NCBI GenBank assembly: GCA_963662265.2
Contig: CAXXHA010000025.1
Location: 1 to 31,491, forward strand
DNA: 31,491 nucleotides
Direction of reading: 5' to 3'
DNA from: Spirochaetia bacterium
GTDB lineage: Bacteria > Spirochaetota > Spirochaetia > CADAEX01
The notes under the pieces are model-generated. The model saw only the letters and a program-made list of their open reading frames with translations, had not been told where the DNA came from and did no database searches. This document shows positions 1 to 8,569 of this stretch, piece after piece; positions within the stretch are counted from its first letter, which is position 1, and each line of letters starts with the position of its first letter. The translations under genes were made by a program, and so were the position numbers.

Positions 1-1602
1 TGTCTGAAGAGCCCCTCCATTCCGAAAGTTCTTGCTTCATCAGGGATTACAGGGACTATCCTTTCACTGATTTTTTTATCCCTTAGAAGTATGCTCATAA
101 GCCTTACAAATGCCATGGTTGTTGAAATATCCCTCTCGCCGGTTGACTTCAGAAGCTGTTCAAAAACACTGAGATCCGGGGGTATTTAAACTTTCTGTCC
201 TGTCATTCCGGAAAGGTACAAATCCACCCAGATGTTTTCTCTGTTTCTTTATGAAAAGATCTTCCGCGCTCCCTTTTTCTGGCAGTATGAAAGGAAGGCT
301 TTCCAGCCTGTCATCAGGGAGCGGCACATGGAAATGGTCGCGGAACTCTTTAAGCGCGTTTATATCAAGGTTTTTCAGGTTATGAGCTCCCATAGAAGCT
401 TCGGCCTCTTTGCCGAGACCGAATCCCTTGATTGTTTTAACAAGAATAACAGTCGGTTCATTTTTATGTTTTACAGCTTCAGAAAAAGCAGCATATATTT
501 TTCTGGGGTCATGTCCTCCCCTTGTCATCTGCCACAATTCCCTGTCTGATTTATCTTTGACAAGATCTTCAAGATACGGATCATCCCCGAAAATCTTTTC
601 CCTCAGGTATGAAGGTCCTCTTGCCCTTATTGTCTGAAAATCACCATCAACCATAGAGTTGAGTTTCTTGTAGAGAATACCTTTGCTGTCCCTGGAAATT
701 ATTTCATCCCATTCAGAACCCCATATTATTTTTATGACATTCCATCCTGCGCCCCTGAATACACCTTCAAGCTCCTGGATAATTTTCCCGTTGCCCCTCA
801 CCGGGCCGTCAAGCCTCTGAAGGTTGCAGTTGACTATGAAAATAAGGTTGTCCAGTTTTTCCCTTGCCGCAATTGACAGGGCTCCTCTTGATTCAGGTTC
901 GTCAGATTCACCGTCACCCATGAAAACCCAGACCTTTCTATCTGATTTTTCTGAAAGACCTCTCGCTTCCATGTATTTCATGAATTTTGCCTGATAAACG
1001 GCAGTCATCGGCCCGAGTCCCATCGATACGGTCGGAAACTGCCAGAATCCGGGCATCAGCCACGGATGGGGATATGATGAAAGTCCTTTTCCTTCTGTCT
1101 CCTGCCTGAAATTAACCAGGTTTTCCTCTGTCAGCCTGCCTTCAACAAAGGCGCGCGCATAAATACCTGGTGATGAATGGCCCTGGAAATAAACAAGGTC
1201 TCCCCCGTTATCTGATTCAGGACCCCTGAAAAACCAGTTGAACCCGACTTCATAAATAGATGAACATGATGAATAGCTTGCAAGGTGTCCTCCCAGGTGT
1301 TTTCCACCGCTGTTTGCCCTTACAACCATTGCCATTGCATTCCACCTGACATAGGCTGAAATATTTCTGGCAGTGAGTGAATCATCATGCGGAATCATGG
1401 CGGGAGGATTCTTAAAAACAGTATTTACATACGGTGATATTATTCCCGGAGCTGTTTTTATTCCCCTTGATCTTGCAATATCTGTAAGCTTGTTGAGAAG
1501 AAAGTCTGCTTTCTCACCTCCTTCAGCTTCGACCAGGGCATTGAAAGATTCAATCCAGTCAGCAGTTTCTTCAGGGTCGGGATCATAAAAAACATCATCC
1601 AT
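1..1602 (-). CDS. aceE: Pyruvate dehydrogenase E1, homodimeric AceE type; one apparent frameshift near 178-182; 3' end lies beyond the window
   Basis: ORF 160..1602 has GGHLASY, YFQGHSSPGIYARAF, SSYPHPWLMP, FPTVSMGLGP and the ThDP motif GDGESDEPES...NCNLQRLDGPVRGNGKIIQELE. A second frame, open from 185 to 1, continues with AceE sequence (STTMAFVR...IVPVIPDEARTFGMEGLFR). Confidence 0.95.
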
Positions 1603-1792
1603 AATATTACATCCTTATTTTTGAAATATAAAAGCCCGGATATGTTTTATGTAATATTTTTATGAATTCCGGTTATCCGGCATAATTTAATTATCTTTCA
1701 AAGGGAATGAAACTGCAAATAATTATTTTGATGAACTATGATAGTGTTTGCAGGATGAAAAAAGATATTGAGTATAATACATCAGAAAAATT

Positions 1793-1814
1793 GCGGATAT
1801 GTGTCAATATCCGC
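1793..1814 (-). terminator. Probable intrinsic terminator overlapping the stop codon of the 56-aa gene
   Basis: On the minus strand, GCGGATAT-TGACAC-ATATCCGC forms a perfect 8-bp stem followed by AATTTTTCT. Confidence 0.55.
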
Positions 1815-1974
1815 CTGTTATAAGCTTGAAAACAACATAAATCCATCCGAGAAGGCCGTGTATTATTGCCCAGAATATGCTCCTGTTTACAGTGAAGCTT
1901 ATAACCATGGCGAGGGCTGATCCGAAACCTATACCTGACCTTACTGCCGAGTTTTTTATTATGTATCTGTCCAT
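1804..1974 (-). CDS. Small hydrophobic (membrane) protein, 56 aa, absent from the ORF track
   Basis: Manual translation gives MDRYIIKNSAVRSGIGFGSALAMVISFTVNRSIFWAIIHGLLGWIYVVFKLITGGY*. AGGAG lies 8 nt before the ATG, there is a terminator-like hairpin at the stop, and the protein has two hydrophobic segments. Confidence 0.8.
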   Translation of the reverse strand: MDRYIIKNSAVRSGIGFGSALAMVISFTVNRSIFWAIIHGLLGWIYVVFKLITGGY

Positions 1975-1995
1975 TATTTATCTCCTGTGGCTTTA

Positions 1996-2053
1996 GAGCA
2001 TTATCCTGCAGGAAGTCTCTTCCTTTCGAGCACTACCTTTCAGGAAGTCTCTT
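1996..2053 (-). repeat. Tandem 26-nt imperfect direct repeat (period 32) in the leader of the 56-aa gene
   Basis: gagcattatcctgcaggaagtctctt (1996-2021) and gagcactacctttcaggaagtctctt (2028-2053) are 22/26 identical, with a shared 13-mer caggaagtctctt. Confidence 0.85.
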
Positions 2054-2147
2054 AATTATGAAAAAAAATATTTATCATTCATCCTGTTTAAATATCTTGT
2101 ACCTGTAATGTTATATTACATGAAGTTAACCGGGCAATCATAAAAAA

Positions 2148-2753
2148 TTATTTTACATGATGAGATCCGTCACAAAGCGGTTTTTTCCCTGATTTTCCGC
2201 ACCTGCACAGGCAGAAATGATCCCCGTCTGGAAAATACCTCTTTGAATCCATGTCATCGCTGTATTCTATATTTCCCCTGCAGTAAAAAGGCCCGTTTTC
2301 CTGTACCTGAATTTCTGTTTTACTGTAGTAGTTTTTTTCATGTTTCCCGTCAATGATGTAGCTGAGTGCTCCAGACGGGCATTTTCTTATTGTTTTTATT
2401 ATATCTTCTGCTGATACACCGTCAGGATTATATATGGGTTTATCATGTGTTCCGAATACTTCTTCAAGTTCTCCGCAGAATCCTGCACCCATGCAGAGGT
2501 ATCTGTCAAATACAATGGTGATCTCCTTTCCCTCATAGAACTCAGGCCCAGGTTTGTCTTTATCAATTCTTTCAGCTGAAAAATCCGAGTCAATATGGGA
2601 TCCGTCACAGTATGGACTGCAATCAGATTTACCGCACCTGCAGAGTGAATATGTACACTGTGTTTTTAAAACATCACCTCTGCTGTTTAAGAGGTCTGTG
2701 TTTTTTACAATGTATGGATTATCACAGTCGGTTATTATTTCACCTTTTTTCAT
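2148..2753 (-). CDS. CDGSH iron-sulfur protein: CDGSH, divergent 4Fe-4S (Fer4_19-like), CDGSH
   Basis: LCRCGKSDCSPYCDGSH and LCRCGKSGKKPLCDGSH flank a central CMGAGFC...CPSGAL domain. Confidence 0.9.
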   Translation of the reverse strand: MKKGEIITDCDNPYIVKNTDLLNSRGDVLKTQCTYSLCRCGKSDCSPYCDGSHIDSDFSAERIDKDKPGPEFYEGKEITIVFDRYLCMGAGFCGELEEVFGTHDKPIYNPDGVSAEDIIKTIRKCPSGALSYIIDGKHEKNYYSKTEIQVQENGPFYCRGNIEYSDDMDSKRYFPDGDHFCLCRCGKSGKKPLCDGSHHVK

Positions 2754-3738
2754 CTCCCCCCCTCTTGGCGTTAATTATTGATTTGAAATATTTGAAAATG
2801 GAATTCCGGTAATTTGACTGTTTGTTTTCAGTTATGAAGCTGTAAAGGATTTCTGAAAAACGGGGCGAGCGCAGATACCCGTATGATTTGTGAGGGTTTC
2901 TGATACCTTCAATTTCATAATTATTTGAAACAATGAAATCCACCGGCTTAATATTGCTGCTGTTCTGGTTGAAATCATCGGAAAGCCTGAAATCAAACGC
3001 AATATTATCAAGAGGATCTGAAAAATTGTACCAGTGTTTTTTCACAGATTCAGGTGTTGTCATTGATATTTCCTTGCTGTAGATTTTATTTTCTGCAGCA
3101 ATTTTACCCAGCACTACAGGAAGCCCCAGGGGAGATCCTATTGTCGCAAAGGTGTTGATTCTGATTTCAGGGAGCATGAATTTTAGAACATCAAAGGCGA
3201 TAATTGATCCCATTGAGTGGGATATGAGAAAAATATCATAATTTTTGTATTTTTTTATGGCAGAAGCTATCCTCTTTCTTATGAGGTCTTTAGTCCTGTA
3301 CACTTTACCTTCAAGGTCAGTTCCGTTGATACTGTAGTAAATATGGAGATCGGAAAAATATTTTTTCAGGATTTTATCTGTAATACCTGAAAAGTTCAGG
3401 CTGTAATCATCATTGAGAAATATATTATCCATTGCCTCTTCCATGAGGGACTGGAATTTCTGCCTTGTCATACCTGCTTCCGTATGGCTGTTTCCTTTTG
3501 AACGGACATATTTTTCATGGAAATAGAGCGGATGTTTTTTGTCAGTGATTTTTTCATCGAGAGGATCGCTGTATAAAATATCTGCCCAGTAAATCATTTT
3601 AAACATGGGTATCTTTACAGGCTTACCTATCTGTTCAAGGCCTTCTTTTATAGCTTCTATCCACCATTTCTCAAGAAGCTTCCTGTCAGGTTTGTTCCCA
3701 AGACCGTGGACTGCGATTATTATTTTTTTCATTTTCAA
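2740..3738 (-). CDS. Alpha/beta-hydrolase-fold protein (lipase/esterase-like), substrate unknown
   Basis: N-terminal VHGLG, nucleophile elbow SHSMGS, TIGSPL, and candidate Asp (DPLD) and His (NPHKSYGYL). It overlaps the CDGSH gene by 14 nt. Confidence 0.75.
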   Translation of the reverse strand: MKMKKIIIAVHGLGNKPDRKLLEKWWIEAIKEGLEQIGKPVKIPMFKMIYWADILYSDPLDEKITDKKHPLYFHEKYVRSKGNSHTEAGMTRQKFQSLMEEAMDNIFLNDDYSLNFSGITDKILKKYFSDLHIYYSINGTDLEGKVYRTKDLIRKRIASAIKKYKNYDIFLISHSMGSIIAFDVLKFMLPEIRINTFATIGSPLGLPVVLGKIAAENKIYSKEISMTTPESVKKHWYNFSDPLDNIAFDFRLSDDFNQNSSNIKPVDFIVSNNYEIEGIRNPHKSYGYLRSPRFSEILYSFITENKQSNYRNSIFKYFKSIINAKRGGDEKR

Positions 3739-3831
3739 TTAATAATAACACAGTTTAAAACATCAATAAAATTTGAATTTGAAATTATTAATATTATCTT
3801 AAATTAATAAGCTGAATAGAGAGGCCTGAAA

Positions 3832-4104
3832 ATGAATAAGGAAATGAAAGATAAGATTGATTCTGTTCTTGAACGGGTCAGGGATCCTGAAAGCGGTCTG
3901 AGTGTTTCTGAACTGGGGCTTGTAAAGAAACTGAGGTATTCTGAAGAAAAAAGTCATCTTTATGTTTTTACAGATTTTCAAAGCCACCAACCGGGCTGTT
4001 TTACATGCGCTGCAATCGCTTCTCTTGTATCTGCTACGATACGGAAAACCCTCGAAGATGAGCTGAAGAAGGAATTTCCAGACCTGGCTGTGGAATTTGT
4101 CTGA
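3832..4104 (+). CDS. DUF59/SufT-like Fe-S cluster assembly domain protein
   Basis: LERVRDPESGLSVSELGLV matches the DUF59 DPE-x5-LGLV signature, followed by PGCFTC. GAGG lies upstream. Confidence 0.75.
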   Translation: MNKEMKDKIDSVLERVRDPESGLSVSELGLVKKLRYSEEKSHLYVFTDFQSHQPGCFTCAAIASLVSATIRKTLEDELKKEFPDLAVEFV

Positions 4105-4212
4105 AAAATAAGCCTCAATTACCTGAAGAATTATTAATCCTCAATAAAATAACTGACTCAAGATTGTGTTCTGAGAATTGATTATATGTGATGTTTAATC
4201 CCCCTTTGCCGC

Positions 4213-4446
4213 ATAAAATAAATAAATGTTTTCTTTCTGCTTTTTATGATGGGCTGTGAACAGGTTTGAGATACAAGAAAGGTAACCAATGAATGGACAC
4301 TGGCTACAGAAAATGCGTCTTTTTCAAAGCGATATGCCCATACAAGCGTTGTTTTTGATGATAAAATGTGGGTTATCGGCGGCGGAAGACTAACCAGTGA
4401 AGGATTCTTTCGTTTCAATGATGTCTGGTATAATCAAGCTAAATAA
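4213..4446 (+). pseudogene. Remnant of a Kelch-repeat (lipo)protein gene
   Basis: One frame reads IK*INVFFLLFMMGCEQV*DTRKVTNEWTLATENASFSKRYAHTSVVFDDKMWVIGGGRLTSEGFFRFNDVWYNQAK*. This is a single Kelch blade (R..HTSVVF..KMWVIGG...NDVW) behind a lipobox-like FMMGC, with stops at 4219 and 4267. Confidence 0.65.
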
Positions 4447-4458
4447 TTACTCCCAAAT

Positions 4459-4512
4459 AAATAAGTTCAGGCTATGTCGGTTTTTTTTACTTACAAGAGC
4501 CTGAACTTATTT
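4459..4512. terminator. 15-bp perfect inverted repeat between convergent genes; probable terminator or stem-loop
   Basis: aaataagttcaggct (4459-4473) and agcctgaacttattt (4498-4512), separated by a 24-nt spacer. Confidence 0.55.
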
Positions 4513-4570
4513 TATAGCATAGGTAGATTATCATTGTTCAAACTAATTTAAAATTATTATAGAAAATAAA

Positions 4571-6115
4571 TCAGAATTCCGGGAATACCGGTCTTATTCC
4601 CACAGGTATATCATCAAGATTATCAAGTATTGCAAGCAGGTTTTCAGAAGGGTTACCGTACCTTTCAATGAAGTCTTCAGCATCTTTTACCGATCCTGAT
4701 GCTTCGATTTCACAGAGCCTGTTTAGAAGCTCTTCTGCTGATTCTGTTATACTGCTGCTTTCTATGGAGTAGCTGCCATCTGAATACCTGATATTGCCTT
4801 TTTCAACAAACCAGTTAAGCTGTATAATATTTGCCATGCCGTGGGCTTCATGTATGCCGAACCTGACAGACCTGATAATTGCCGCAAGATATGTCGATAA
4901 GACTGATTCAACATCATATTTTTCAATACCGTATCTGCCTCCGCACTTGAGTATGAGAAAGAGTGCCCCTGTATCTGCTTTTGCCTCTTCTATTGGCGAA
5001 TAGTTTGAGGAGAGAGCTTTCTGAACTTCAGTCCCGTCTTTTCTGTAGGCAGGTCCCAGGCCGTGGCTTATTTCATGCAGAAGAACAAATGTGAAGAGAG
5101 GTTCAAACTTAACTTTGCTGCTGTCGGAAAGTACTATCTCTGCAATATTGACTGTTGCTGTATTGAACTTAGCCTTCATAACATTATAGAGCATTACCTG
5201 TTTCCAGCCTGTATTTCCCCTTACCCATGAATCATTCGGAAGATTAAAAGCTGCAGGCATTACTCCGCTTGCAGCCTCGCCTGCTGCGTATATCTGGTTC
5301 ACAACTACAATAGGCGCTGCTCCCCCCACTGCTGATTTTGCCCCGTTGGGAAGCGGGAAAATTTCAGTCAGTTTATCGAGGTTGTCTTCAATTTCCTTTA
5401 GTGCTCTGCATTTTTCATGATCAACTATCATAAGCATGCTTTCATAAGTTGCTTTGAGTCCAAGAAGTGAATCTGCATATACTTCATAGGGGCCTATAAG
5501 AAGATCGATCGGGCTGTCAGTAAGCTTTACCCATTCGCTGTCATTCTTCCTGTAATCGCCGTTCAATAGTGTATCTGCTCTGGTAATCAGAAAGTGTTTG
5601 AGATTTTCATGCCTGATTATATCTGAGGCTTTCCTGAGCTCCTCTGCTGCTTTTGAAAGGAGATCTGAATAATAGATGTGGTATGGAATTGATGTGAGTT
5701 TGCCGTCAGTTTTTCTGATGACTGTGAATGTATCTCTCGCATTTTCAAGTTCATCCCCGTCCAGGCTGTTTATGCTGTCGATTATTTCACTGTCTGACAT
5801 TGAATCGGGATAAAAGGCGCAGCCCTTTCTCCTGTCCTCAATACCAGTGAAGGGTGATTTGAAATTTTCAAACTCATTGTAGGGCCCCTTGAAAAAGGAA
5901 TAGTATTTTTTCCTGAGTTCATCACCTGAGGACATGATTTCCCTGTAATGTTCAGGAAGATTTTCATTCTGCTGTTTCAGAAATATTTCTGTAATAATAT
6001 CCATTGCATTCCTGATGTGAGGCAGGGCTTTTATTATATCATCGCTCAGATCTGAAAAATCAGCTTCAACTTCAACTTCCCTGTATTTATCAATTATAGA
6101 TTTTATATTTTCCAT
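4571..6115 (-). CDS. Peptidase family M49 (dipeptidyl peptidase III-like, pentapeptide HEXXH type)
   Basis: IGPYEVYADSLLGLKATYE, AAFNLPND, LLHEISHGLGP, IEEAKAD and RSVRFGIHEAHG. Confidence 0.88.
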   Translation of the reverse strand: MENIKSIIDKYREVEVEADFSDLSDDIIKALPHIRNAMDIITEIFLKQQNENLPEHYREIMSSGDELRKKYYSFFKGPYNEFENFKSPFTGIEDRRKGCAFYPDSMSDSEIIDSINSLDGDELENARDTFTVIRKTDGKLTSIPYHIYYSDLLSKAAEELRKASDIIRHENLKHFLITRADTLLNGDYRKNDSEWVKLTDSPIDLLIGPYEVYADSLLGLKATYESMLMIVDHEKCRALKEIEDNLDKLTEIFPLPNGAKSAVGGAAPIVVVNQIYAAGEAASGVMPAAFNLPNDSWVRGNTGWKQVMLYNVMKAKFNTATVNIAEIVLSDSSKVKFEPLFTFVLLHEISHGLGPAYRKDGTEVQKALSSNYSPIEEAKADTGALFLILKCGGRYGIEKYDVESVLSTYLAAIIRSVRFGIHEAHGMANIIQLNWFVEKGNIRYSDGSYSIESSSITESAEELLNRLCEIEASGSVKDAEDFIERYGNPSENLLAILDNLDDIPVGIRPVFPEF

Positions 6116-6135
6116 TATTTAACTTCCTTATTTAA

Positions 6136-7569
6136 TTATTTATAGCTTTTCAAAAGCTCTGCAAGGTAATTGAATATTTTTCCGACAGAAGGAATATATA
6201 GCCTTTCGTCAGGGGAATGGGGATTTTCAATATCAGGGCCGAAAGATACAGTATCAATATCACCTTCAATATTTCCTATCACACCGCATTCAAGGCCACC
6301 GTGTGTAATCTCTATTTCAGGTTTTTCTCCATACATTTTTTCCCAGAGCCCTGTGCATCTGTGAAGAAGCCTGCTTTCCATGTCAGGTTCCCATGGATCT
6401 GTGAGTATATCGATTGAGAAAACCCCGCCAAGAACTGAGGCAAGTGTTTCTATCTTTGCTGTAAGGTCATTTAAACGCGATTTAAGGGAACTTCTCTGCA
6501 TTGTTGTGATTTTTATCCCGTTTCCGTCTGATGAGACTATTCCGAAGTTAAGAGATGTTTCAAGCTGATCAGGATAAACCGGGTTCATGTTGGCAACTCC
6601 GTGAGGCACTACCCTGAGTTTGTTTATAATTGATTCTGAATCTGAAAAAACAGTTTCAGGAAGAGATGTTTCTTCAGATGTGATTTCAATGTTTTTCTCA
6701 ACAAAGCTGTTTTCATTTTTTACTGTTTTGGCAAATGCTTCCCACAGATTCTTTATTTTTCCTATTGAGTTTGTATCTGCAGTTATAACTGCTTCGGCTG
6801 ATCTTGCAATTGCGTTCATTGCGCTTCCGCCTGAAATTGAACTGAGGCAGAACTCTGTTTCATTCATGATCTCTGTTAATCCTCTGATGAGAATTGCAAT
6901 TGCATTGCCCCTGGACTTGTTTATGTCCATCGCTGAATGGCCGCCGAGAAAACCTCCTGCTTTGAGAAGAAGAGCTGATGAGGAGCTTTTGACAGGTTTT
7001 CTTTCTGCCGGGATATCAATGAAAGTCCTTGAAGAACCGGCGCAGCCTGCTGTGAATATGCCTGTTTCCTCGGAATCGATATTAAGAAGAATTTTCCCTT
7101 CAGCAAATCCTTTTTTTATACGGCTGGCGCCTTTAAGCCCAATTTCCTCATCTGTTGTGAAAAGCAGTTCGAGAGGCGGATGTTCTGTTTCCCTGTCGAG
7201 TGCCGCTGTCATAGCCATTGCAAGCGCTATTCCGTTGTCTGCTCCCAGAGTTGTTTTATCAGCTTTAAGCCAGTCTCCGTCTTTTACATGTTTTACAGGA
7301 TCTTTAAGAAAATCATGATCTGAATCAGGTGTTTTCTCGCATACCATATCCATGTGTCCCTGCAGAATAATAACAGGCGAATTTTCATAACCCTTTGTAG
7401 GGGGCACTTTAATAAGGATATTGAGCGCATCGTCAGTTTTATAATCAAAGCTGTTTTCTTCCGCCCATTTTCTGAAATATTCATGTATCCCCGCCATGTT
7501 GCCTGAGCCCCGGGGAATTTGATTAATATCTTCAAGAGTTTTTAATATAATATCAGTTTTATCTGTCAT
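6136..7569 (-). CDS. pepD: Aminoacyl-histidine (beta-Ala-His) dipeptidase, M20C
   Basis: LQGHMDMVCEK, TTLGADNGI, FTTDEEIGL, LNIDSEE, GGHS, HGGLECG and HSPDE. Confidence 0.93.
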   Translation of the reverse strand: MTDKTDIILKTLEDINQIPRGSGNMAGIHEYFRKWAEENSFDYKTDDALNILIKVPPTKGYENSPVIILQGHMDMVCEKTPDSDHDFLKDPVKHVKDGDWLKADKTTLGADNGIALAMAMTAALDRETEHPPLELLFTTDEEIGLKGASRIKKGFAEGKILLNIDSEETGIFTAGCAGSSRTFIDIPAERKPVKSSSSALLLKAGGFLGGHSAMDINKSRGNAIAILIRGLTEIMNETEFCLSSISGGSAMNAIARSAEAVITADTNSIGKIKNLWEAFAKTVKNENSFVEKNIEITSEETSLPETVFSDSESIINKLRVVPHGVANMNPVYPDQLETSLNFGIVSSDGNGIKITTMQRSSLKSRLNDLTAKIETLASVLGGVFSIDILTDPWEPDMESRLLHRCTGLWEKMYGEKPEIEITHGGLECGVIGNIEGDIDTVSFGPDIENPHSPDERLYIPSVGKIFNYLAELLKSYK

Positions 7570-7648
7570 TGCTGTCTCCTATTATTCATGTATATTTAAT
7601 AATAACAGGTTAAGTATAATTTAGTAATCATTAAATTTATGAGATTAA

Positions 7649-8569
7649 TTAATTTAGTCCGAAGTAATTGAGTACAAAGTAATATATATCAGTAAGCCTC
7701 TTGCATTCAGCAGCTTTTTTCAAGACAGCGCTGTCTTTCGTGAAAAAAATGAATGGAACTTTATTGAGTGTATGGTTGCCTGTTGTAAAATCTTCAACAT
7801 TGCCGTGATCGCTTATTATAAGAATTGAAGTATCATAATCACCTTCAGTAAGCACAAGAATCTTTTCGAGAAATCTGTTCAGTTCCTGTTTTCTCAGTTC
7901 CATTGCTTCCCTGTTTCTTTTATGACCGTAAATATCTGTCATGAAATATTCATAAAAGACTGCCTGGTAATCATCGAGAATATTCCTGGCCCTTACTGCT
8001 CCCTCTTCCGGGGAAATGAGATCAATATCATATCCTCTTTCTTTTATCAGCCTGTTGGTAATATCTGCGAAGAGAGCTTTGCCATTTATATAATCATCTT
8101 TCATCCTGAAACTGATATCAGCAGTCTGAATACTAAGAGTAGAGACTGGAAACATGTTTTTTCTCATACCTGTGCGTTTATTGAAGTATTCCTCCGAATA
8201 CATATTTGCAGATGTAACTTTTATCCCTTCGTTTTTTAGTTTTTTAAGTATATTTCTTTCCCTTATTATTCTGATCAGTTTTTTGTTGGGAATTGCAGTC
8301 AGGTGGTATCCCAGTATTTTCTGCGCATTCACACCTGTGTATAGGGATGTCTGTCCTGTCGCTGACTGGGGTATGCCTGGTATGTCCTGAAGAGCATCGA
8401 CAGGTACAATAACCCCCCCCTCAAAAAACAGGGGATCAGAAATATCTGAGAGCAGGTTTCCTTTGAGCGGATTTATGAACAAATCGGAAACAGGATTATC
8501 ACTGCTGTTTCTGCCTATTCCGAGTCCGTCGATAAAAAAATAAAAAAGCTTTTTCTTCCTTGAGTTCAT
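7649..8569 (-). CDS. Alkaline-phosphatase-superfamily metalloenzyme (iPGM/phosphomutase-like), function unknown
   Basis: FFIDGLG, PQSATGQT (Ser nucleophile), TDIYGH, ISDHGNVED and HTLNKVP metal-ligand motifs. Confidence 0.8.
   Translation of the reverse strand: MNSRKKKLFYFFIDGLGIGRNSSDNPVSDLFINPLKGNLLSDISDPLFFEGGVIVPVDALQDIPGIPQSATGQTSLYTGVNAQKILGYHLTAIPNKKLIRIIRERNILKKLKNEGIKVTSANMYSEEYFNKRTGMRKNMFPVSTLSIQTADISFRMKDDYINGKALFADITNRLIKERGYDIDLISPEEGAVRARNILDDYQAVFYEYFMTDIYGHKRNREAMELRKQELNRFLEKILVLTEGDYDTSILIISDHGNVEDFTTGNHTLNKVPFIFFTKDSAVLKKAAECKRLTDIYYFVLNYFGLN

Noticed and set aside
1636-1680. ccggata/tatccgg inverted repeat upstream of aceE as an operator
   Set aside because: The arms are only 7 bp with a long spacer, there is no second instance, and no regulator is nearby, so it is too weak to call.
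1996-2053. CRISPR mini-array, or a glycine or guanidine-II riboswitch
   Set aside because: There are only two units with a 6-nt gap and no cas genes. The ACGR loops and glycine-aptamer core motifs are missing.
4182-4418. 78-aa ORF on the - strand
   Set aside because: It is the reverse complement of the Kelch remnant, and the + frame carries the recognisable motif.
4213-4446. Stop-codon reassignment or selenocysteine to explain the in-frame TAA and TGA
   Set aside because: TAA, TGA and TAG all terminate well-supported genes in this window, two different stops would need recoding, and the context is not a redox motif.
6620-7318. 232-aa ORF on the + strand
   Set aside because: It is an antisense shadow of pepD, with no RBS and no recognisable motifs.
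8413-8420. C8 tract as a phase-variation site in the metalloenzyme gene
   Set aside because: The gene is in frame (FEGGV) with all motifs intact, and the sequence alone gives no sign of switching.
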